Source of the DNA: Candidatus Hermodarchaeota archaeon | Lineage (GTDB): Archaea > Asgardarchaeota > Heimdallarchaeia > Hodarchaeales > Hodarchaeaceae | Length of the DNA: 32,000 nt | Direction of reading: 5' to 3' | NCBI GenBank assembly: GCA_048886185.1 | Contig: JBHLKY010000005.1 | Location: forward strand, 1 to 32,000 | In this document: piece by piece, positions 26,240 to 32,000 of the stretch | How the letters are laid out: each line of letters begins with the position of its first letter | Numbering within the stretch: the stretch's first letter is position 1 | Made by a program: the position numbers and the translations under genes | Notes under the pieces: generated by a model | Databases searched by the model: none | What the model saw: only the letters and a program-made list of their open reading frames with translations | Told to the model about the DNA's origin: nothing

Positions 26240-26584
26240 TCATTCAGCTGCGGTTTTTTCAGGATCAAAATATCTGTAAGAAGAGCTTAAAAATTTATCC
26301 AATGTGAGACGTTCAGCCTTTTTCTTTTTCTCCTTCCGTTTTTTAGACTTTGGAATAATTTGTAATTTTTTCGACAAGATTCGTTTAGAATCAAAACGTA
26401 TTTTGAAACACGCTTTTTCCTGGGTGCATTGACCAATGAAACGTAATTTCCTACCTGGTTCATGAATCAATCCCCCTTTACCTGATTCACGACACTGACA
26501 TAAATAATATTTTTCCTTCTCATGTGGATTTTCAGAATTTAATTGTCTGAAGAACGAATCCCAATGCATAAGAAGGACACGCAC
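26240..26584 (-). CDS. Small basic Cys-containing hypothetical protein with a PIP-like motif
   Basis: 114-aa ORF convergent on the thiolase; CQC...H...C...C cluster, Lys-rich tract, RLTLDKFL. Confidence 0.6.
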   Translation of the reverse strand: MRVLLMHWDSFFRQLNSENPHEKEKYYLCQCRESGKGGLIHEPGRKLRFIGQCTQEKACFKIRFDSKRILSKKLQIIPKSKKRKEKKKKAERLTLDKFLSSSYRYFDPEKTAAE

Positions 26585-26763
26585 CTTAGTTGTTAAGCCA
26601 AAAATGTTCTTTTAATAGCAATATATCTGACTTTATTAATATTGTCGGCTTATAAAAGAACGTACTAATGGGGTCATTGGCTATTATTGTTTTCTACTAC
26701 TCCTACTAATTATAGTAATAATACTTAAAAATGTTATTATACTATTTCAGAAGATGATGAAGT

Positions 26764-26916
26764 ATGACATCACCAGTTGGAGTCAGCAAAATAACTCGCA
26801 ATTTTCAGGTCTCTATTCCTCCGAATATTCGAGAAAAACTTAAACTTAAGCTTGGTGATTATATTGCTTTTATTGTAAAAGATGAGGATGTAATTATAGC
26901 AAAAGTAACTATTTAA
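26764..26916 (+). CDS. AbrB/MazE/SpoVT family DNA-binding protein (50 aa)
   Basis: Not in the ORF track; hand translation MTSPVGVSKITRNFQVSIPPNIREKLKLKLGDYIAFIVKDEDVIIAKVTI* matches the swapped-hairpin pattern KIT..FQV.IP..IR..L....GD.I.F. Confidence 0.88.
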   Translation: MTSPVGVSKITRNFQVSIPPNIREKLKLKLGDYIAFIVKDEDVIIAKVTI

Positions 26917-26985
26917 AACCTAAGTATAACATACAAAATCTAATAACTTTACCATTTATCGATAAATGGAATAATTATTGTTTTT

Positions 26986-27768
26986 TCATATTTTTTTGAC
27001 AATTTCTAACAGATATTCTTGAATTGAAGGAGAACAAGCAATAATGTTCGAAGAGTGTATGTTGAAACGTTTGTTTTTAAAATCTGTTGTTATTCCTCTG
27101 GCTTCCTTAACAATGAGTGCTCCAGCTATCACATCCCACGCATTTACTCCAGGCATTATGAAACCACCAAATCGACCAGAAGCGACAAAACAGAGCTCAA
27201 GCGCAGCTGCGCCTACTTGACGTACTTTATTATTTACCATCTTAAGTTCTTTATAAATTTTCACTATTTGTTCTCGTGATTCTAAATCACGACCATTACA
27301 GAAAGCTATAAATGATTTTTCTAATGTGGCTCTTTCATCAACCGTAATAGCTTGATTATTCAAGTATGCTCCTTTATTATTCTCTGCCACAAAAAGCTCA
27401 TCTTGGAATGGAGCATATACAACTCCTAAAATCGGTTTGTGTTTATATAAGAGTCCTATAGAGACTGCAAAGAATGGGTTTTTAACTGAAAAATTGGTGG
27501 AACCATCTAATGGATCTATTATCCATAAATAATCAGAATCTTGATAATTTTTGCCGCTCTCCTCGGAGATGATAGAATGATGAGGAAAGCTTTCCGTAAT
27601 AGTGTTTTTTAGTAATGTATCAGCTTTAAGGTCAGCTTCAGTCACTATACTGTTATCTGCTTTAAATGATAGTTTTGTTTTTTTGTTAAAAAGTCTGAGT
27701 AGTAATTTTCCAGCCTCTCGGGAAGCTCCAACCGAAACATCAAGGAAATGACTTGCCATAACACTCAA
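26986..27768 (-). CDS. suhB: Inositol monophosphatase family protein (IMPase / FBPase-IMPase)
   Basis: SIVTEAD, IISEE, WIIDPLDGSTNF, GAAALELCFVASG, WDVIAGALIVKEARG. Alternative start ATG 27759. Confidence 0.92.
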   Translation of the reverse strand: MSVMASHFLDVSVGASREAGKLLLRLFNKKTKLSFKADNSIVTEADLKADTLLKNTITESFPHHSIISEESGKNYQDSDYLWIIDPLDGSTNFSVKNPFFAVSIGLLYKHKPILGVVYAPFQDELFVAENNKGAYLNNQAITVDERATLEKSFIAFCNGRDLESREQIVKIYKELKMVNNKVRQVGAAALELCFVASGRFGGFIMPGVNAWDVIAGALIVKEARGITTDFKNKRFNIHSSNIIACSPSIQEYLLEIVKKI

Positions 27769-27912
27769 CTTCTAAACATTCAAGAATATTTAAATGAAAT
27801 CTGAGTTATTATAATGAGAAAATTCAGACTACATAACAGTTAATAAAATATAGATTTCATAAACAGGCCATTAAACATAACACGATTTAATTTCAATCTT
27901 GATAAATATTTC

Positions 27913-28695
27913 TTGAAAATGATGGATGTGTTTTATTTGGTAAAATCATCATTATTGGCTGGTGGAAAACACTATGATTTATTAGTCGATTGGAAAAAAA
28001 GGTTATCTTACGAAATTCCTTTCTTAATCGATTGTTTTAAAAACATTAAACCCCCTGTAAAAACAATTCTAGAAGTAGGGTGTGGTACAGGGCATCACGC
28101 TCAAATCTTGCATAAAAATTGGGGATATAAGGTAACTGGGGTTGATATCGATGAATCAATGATTGAAGAAGCAAGAATACGAGTACCAAGCGCTGAATTG
28201 TTTGTACACAATTTTTTAAACCCAGATTTTTTATTAGGACGGTCGTTTGATGCTATTATTAGTTTAGGAAACTCAGTTGGTTTGATTGCTTCAATGTCTG
28301 ATTTCAGGAATGTTGTCACCCGATTTTCGAAACTAATACGAAAACCACATGGGATCCTAGTATTTCATCTTCTGAATACTGAGAAAGAGCGGAATGGATG
28401 GTCCGCTCCTCGTTCTGTAGTAACAACCGAAGGTGAATATATTTTCTTACGTGGTTTTACTACAACTGAAATGTTCATCCATCCTGAAATTATAACTCTT
28501 TTTAGACCAAATAATGGTCAAGAATGGCAAATGACGACAACTGGAAAGGCGAATATTCCACGAATAGATATCAAGACAATGTCATCTCTTCTCCAAGAAT
28601 TTGGATTTAGAGATATTAAGGTATTTGGGAATTATCAAAGGATTTCTTTTCAATCTTCAAGTTCTGCTGACATGATTTTCAAGTGTCATTTTTAA
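27913..28695 (+). CDS. Class I SAM-dependent methyltransferase
   Basis: ILEVGCGTGHHA, VTGVDIDESMI, FDAIISLGNS. Substrate unknown. Confidence 0.9.
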   Translation: MKMMDVFYLVKSSLLAGGKHYDLLVDWKKRLSYEIPFLIDCFKNIKPPVKTILEVGCGTGHHAQILHKNWGYKVTGVDIDESMIEEARIRVPSAELFVHNFLNPDFLLGRSFDAIISLGNSVGLIASMSDFRNVVTRFSKLIRKPHGILVFHLLNTEKERNGWSAPRSVVTTEGEYIFLRGFTTTEMFIHPEIITLFRPNNGQEWQMTTTGKANIPRIDIKTMSSLLQEFGFRDIKVFGNYQRISFQSSSSADMIFKCHF

Positions 28696-28896
28696 GAAAA
28701 GCTACGATTTGTTTATTAAATCACATTTAACAACATTTAGGGGAAGTAAATGCATTTCTCTTATAGTAATTTCGTTTTTATGATCAAATATAATTAACCT
28801 TGGTGTTGATTGAAGAATATTTACCAATTTTGTCAATATCGAATATCGGAGAATAAATAATTAATACAAATCTGTTTTTCAGTGAATTGATTAACA

Positions 28897-29391
28897 ATGA
28901 AAATGGATGAAAAAGCCAAAGAATTGGAATGGCATCAAAAAACAGCTAAAAAGCTATTTAATATTACGTGGGATTTGATTGATAAGAAGAGTAGAACAAT
29001 AGAAGAAGAAGACTTAATGATTCACTCTGCTCACGCTTCTCGGTATCATTGGGGTGAAGTTGTATCTGCAGGTATGCCAAACACAGGGCCTATAAATCTT
29101 GAAAGGGGGGATTGGCAAATCTCAAGAGTTTATTCAATTTTGAAAAAACCTGAAATAGCAGAATACTTTGCGAAAAGATGTATTGATATATGTGAAAAAA
29201 ATGGTATAGGTGGTTTTGATATAGCCTTTGCTTATGAAGCTATGGCGAGAGCATGCGCTGTTGCTGGGAATAGAGAAGCTGATGTTCAGAAGTATATTAC
29301 TCTGGCAAAGAGTGCAGGGAATAAAATCGAAGAAAAGGGTAATAAAGAGTATTTCTTTAGTGAACTAGAGACCATTCTTGGATATAGCTAA
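28897..29391 (+). CDS. Conserved hypothetical all-helical (TPR-like) protein
   Basis: LFNITWDLI...MIHSAHASRYHW...GDWQISRVY...AFAYEAMARA; helical repeat character. I recall this pattern from uncharacterised prokaryotic proteins but have not checked it by search. Confidence 0.75.
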   Translation: MKMDEKAKELEWHQKTAKKLFNITWDLIDKKSRTIEEEDLMIHSAHASRYHWGEVVSAGMPNTGPINLERGDWQISRVYSILKKPEIAEYFAKRCIDICEKNGIGGFDIAFAYEAMARACAVAGNREADVQKYITLAKSAGNKIEEKGNKEYFFSELETILGYS

Positions 29392-29398
29392 CCTAAAA

Positions 29399-29962
29399 TC
29401 ATGTATAGATTTTTTCAAATTGTTCTTTCGTCATTTCCATTATCTTGTGGTTCCGCCAAGATCTCATTTCAGTAAAATGGGTGAAACCTGCTTTTTCATA
29501 CACTCGGATTGCTGCAGGATTATGTCTATGGGGAGGTACAACAAATAATCCACAGCTGGTCTTAGCGAAAGCGAAGTGTACAACCAATTTCATACCGTGT
29601 GTACCTAAACCTTGGCCCCAATATTGGGGTAGAAGTTTAATATCTCCCATGAGAGTTTTCACCGAATCAGGCTTCCTCCATTTCCCGAAAGTATAAGCTT
29701 CAGGAAGGGGAAAAATAAATGATTCTCCAATTGGAAGATCATCATTTAAATGTAATATTAACTGAATATAGTCATTTCTGAATTCAGAACGTTTTTCTTT
29801 ATATTTTGTCCATGCAATTTTTAGATCGTCTGATTTAGTCCAACCCCTCATTCTGGGAAATTCGTCGGCATATTTCATTACTTTAGGTATTCTCCATAGT
29901 CTAATTAAAAAGGGTAAATGATCTTTCTTCATTTCAGAAATAGTAAGTTTAGCCTCTGACAT
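29399..29962 (-). CDS. GNAT family N-acetyltransferase (RimJ/RimL-like)
   Basis: Acetyl-CoA motif PQYWGQGLGT and HNPAAIRVYEKAGF. Confidence 0.9.
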   Translation of the reverse strand: MSEAKLTISEMKKDHLPFLIRLWRIPKVMKYADEFPRMRGWTKSDDLKIAWTKYKEKRSEFRNDYIQLILHLNDDLPIGESFIFPLPEAYTFGKWRKPDSVKTLMGDIKLLPQYWGQGLGTHGMKLVVHFAFAKTSCGLFVVPPHRHNPAAIRVYEKAGFTHFTEMRSWRNHKIMEMTKEQFEKIYT

Positions 29963-29973
29963 TTCCTACCCTT

Positions 29974-30207
29974 GATATGGGATATCTATCGAAAAGGATG
30001 AATTTACAAAAAACCAAATAAAAAATGATTTTCTACGAACAATATTAATCTAATAAATCTTAAACACCTTTATACAGTTTACTATAAATCACTAAAGAAT
30101 CTTTCAATGATTTGGATATCTATTTAATTTTTCTTTTTATGATAGCATCTATCAATTTATACAGTCCAGTATTAAGTTTATTAAACTACACTGACTGTAT
30201 GTATAAA
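29974..30207. promoter_or_regulatory. Cluster of palindromes and repeats in the divergent GNAT / ThDP-enzyme intergenic region
   Basis: gatat-ggg-atatc (29974-29986); tgatag-cat-ctatca (30140-30154); tttatacagt twice (30069-30078, 30156-30165); atacagtc/gactgtat inverted pair (30159-30166 / 30193-30200). Confidence 0.4.
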
Positions 30208-30219
30208 TTTAATTAAGGT

Positions 30220-31956
30220 GTGATAAATATTATGGTTCAAATGACTGGTGGGGAGATTATAATAGATTGCCTGAAACAAGAGGGAGTGAAATATGTATTT
30301 GGAATCCCTGGTGATCAGTTATATCCAATTTTGGATGCAATTTACAAAGAAGATTCAATTGACTTTATTACTTTTAGACATGAACAATCATGTGCAAATG
30401 CAGCTGATGCCTGGGCTCGAGTTACTAATAAACCCACTGTGTGCTTAGGAACTGTTGGTCCAGGTGCGGCGGACTTGGTGCCTGGTGTTTATACTGCTTA
30501 TGCCGACAGTATTCCTATGGTAGTAATAACAGCTCAGAATCAAACGTGGAATATATATCCAGATCATGGTATGACACAAGGTTTAGATCAACTTAATCTG
30601 TTTAAACCGATTACTAAATGGCAAGCTGTAGTTTCTCATTGGAAAAGAATACAGGAGTTAGTTCATTGGGCATTTCGTGCTGCTGTGTCAGGAAAACCAG
30701 GTCCTGTATTTCTTGATGTTCCCTCCGATGTTCTCTTCCATTCAGATGATATATCTGAATTAACAAGACCCATTGGTTTAAAACCTCAAAATTATCGTAG
30801 TATTATGAATCCTGTCGCACCAACAGATTTAATTGAAAAAGCTGTCGATTTACTACTTAAAGCAGAGTATCCATTAATTCACGTTGGAGGAGGTACAATT
30901 CGTTCAAACGCCAGTAGAGAAATAAAAGATTTAGCTGAATATTTACAATGTCCAGTGACTAGTTCAGTTTTTGCTCGAGGAATCATTCCAGATGATCATC
31001 CATTACTGTTATTACCTGCAGGATATGGTGCAATAGCAGCTCAATCTGGTGCAGATCTTATTTTATTAATAGGCGGCCGACTTGGAGATTTAGAAAATTG
31101 GGGACGTCCTCCTTTTTGGGGAGAACAGGAATCTCAGTCTATTATTCAAGTGGATATTGATCCTGAAGTCATTGGATTGAATAGGCCAGTGGAATTAGGA
31201 ATTGTTGGAGATGCAAAATCGACAACAAATCAATTATTAAAAATCATCAAGTCACGAATTTCCCAACGAAAGCCATCATCATGGGTTGAAGAATGCCGTG
31301 GTGCCCAAAATGAATGGCTTAAAGAGTTTCTGGAACAAGGGAGCTCTGATCAAGTACCGATTCACCCACTTAGGGTTATTAAAGAAGTTCGAGATTTTTT
31401 TCCTCGAGATGCAATCTCCATTGTTGATGGAGGAAATACTGGTGTATGGGCTCATTATTTAAATCGAATTTATGAACCTAATACTTTTTTGTGGCCAAGT
31501 GATTCTGGTCATCTAGGTGTTGGAATTGGTTATGCAATCGGAGCTCAGCTAGCAAAACCTGAAAGGAAAGTATACGCTATAATGGGTGATGGTTCTTTTA
31601 TGTTCAATGTCCAAGAACTAGAAACTGCTCGTCGTTTGAAACTACCAATTATTATTGTTATTTTGAATGATCGAGCATATGGTATGATTAAAGCTGGTCA
31701 GAAGATTGCCTATAAAAAAAGGTATATTGGAGTTGATTTCTTCGATGTACGTTATGATAAGTTAGCTGAGGCGATAGACTGTTTTGGTATTCGTGTGACT
31801 GAACCTAAAGCCATTAAGTCAGCTTTAGAGAAAGCTAATGATTCTAGAGTCCCTGCTATTCTTGATATTGTAGTTGATAGAGAAATTAATCTTGAACCTC
31901 CAGATTTTGAAACCCTTGCAGGAATATGGTTAGAGGGGTGCAATTTACCAGAATAA
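30220..31956 (+). CDS. Thiamine-diphosphate-dependent enzyme, acetolactate synthase large subunit-like superfamily
   Basis: MTGGEII...VFGIPGD, RHEQ catalytic Glu, GPG, GKPGPVFLD, ThDP motif GDGSFMF...LND. Start may be ATG 30232 or 30241. Confidence 0.93.
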   Translation: MINIMVQMTGGEIIIDCLKQEGVKYVFGIPGDQLYPILDAIYKEDSIDFITFRHEQSCANAADAWARVTNKPTVCLGTVGPGAADLVPGVYTAYADSIPMVVITAQNQTWNIYPDHGMTQGLDQLNLFKPITKWQAVVSHWKRIQELVHWAFRAAVSGKPGPVFLDVPSDVLFHSDDISELTRPIGLKPQNYRSIMNPVAPTDLIEKAVDLLLKAEYPLIHVGGGTIRSNASREIKDLAEYLQCPVTSSVFARGIIPDDHPLLLLPAGYGAIAAQSGADLILLIGGRLGDLENWGRPPFWGEQESQSIIQVDIDPEVIGLNRPVELGIVGDAKSTTNQLLKIIKSRISQRKPSSWVEECRGAQNEWLKEFLEQGSSDQVPIHPLRVIKEVRDFFPRDAISIVDGGNTGVWAHYLNRIYEPNTFLWPSDSGHLGVGIGYAIGAQLAKPERKVYAIMGDGSFMFNVQELETARRLKLPIIIVILNDRAYGMIKAGQKIAYKKRYIGVDFFDVRYDKLAEAIDCFGIRVTEPKAIKSALEKANDSRVPAILDIVVDREINLEPPDFETLAGIWLEGCNLPE

Positions 31957-32000
31957 ATTCCACCTACAAGATTCTTTGCAATATTTTGACCTAAATCCAT

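Noticed and set aside
27055-29696. ORFs 27055-27279, 28101-28319 and 29445-29696
   Set aside because: Antisense to the IMPase, methyltransferase and GNAT genes.
31752-32000. - strand ORF at the window edge
   Set aside because: About 200 bp overlaps the ThDP gene antisense; it could be the tail of a convergent gene from outside the window, but this cannot be judged here.
1-32000. CRISPR arrays, tRNA/rRNA genes, IS elements, selenocysteine readthrough
   Set aside because: No regularly spaced repeats, T-loop/cloverleaf motifs, transposase motifs or conserved genes interrupted by in-frame TGA were seen by eye; tRNAscan-SE/Infernal were not run.

Overview
AT-rich, gene-dense archaeal chromosomal segment. 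An Asgard (Heimdall/Hodarchaeal-like) origin is inferred from a stand-alone roadblock/LC7 gene, archaeal AMP phosphorylases, the short archaeal PurA and GGTGA/GGAG-type RBSs; it was not tested by search. The window holds about 33 CDS. These include fatty-acyl/4-hydroxybutyrate metabolism (3-hydroxyacyl-CoA dehydrogenase, two thiolases, SCP2, AbfD), an orphan beta-class DNA methyltransferase followed by a DHH phosphoesterase, a UroD/MtaA-thioredoxin fusion coupled to a CobW GTPase, and a purine cluster (purA, purB, PRTase). There are also two tandem AMP-phosphorylase paralogs followed by a double-SIS protein, a 50-aa AbrB gene missed by the ORF track, an IMPase, a GNAT and a ThDP enzyme. No rRNA, tRNA, CRISPR array or transposase was seen. 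The most unusual signal is the AMP-phosphorylase pair, whose active-site and domain losses look complementary, next to a degenerate tandem-SIS protein; this could be a heteromeric or pseudoenzyme system. Two PCNA-interaction (PIP)-like motifs are also of note, one at the extreme C-terminus of the DNA methyltransferase.
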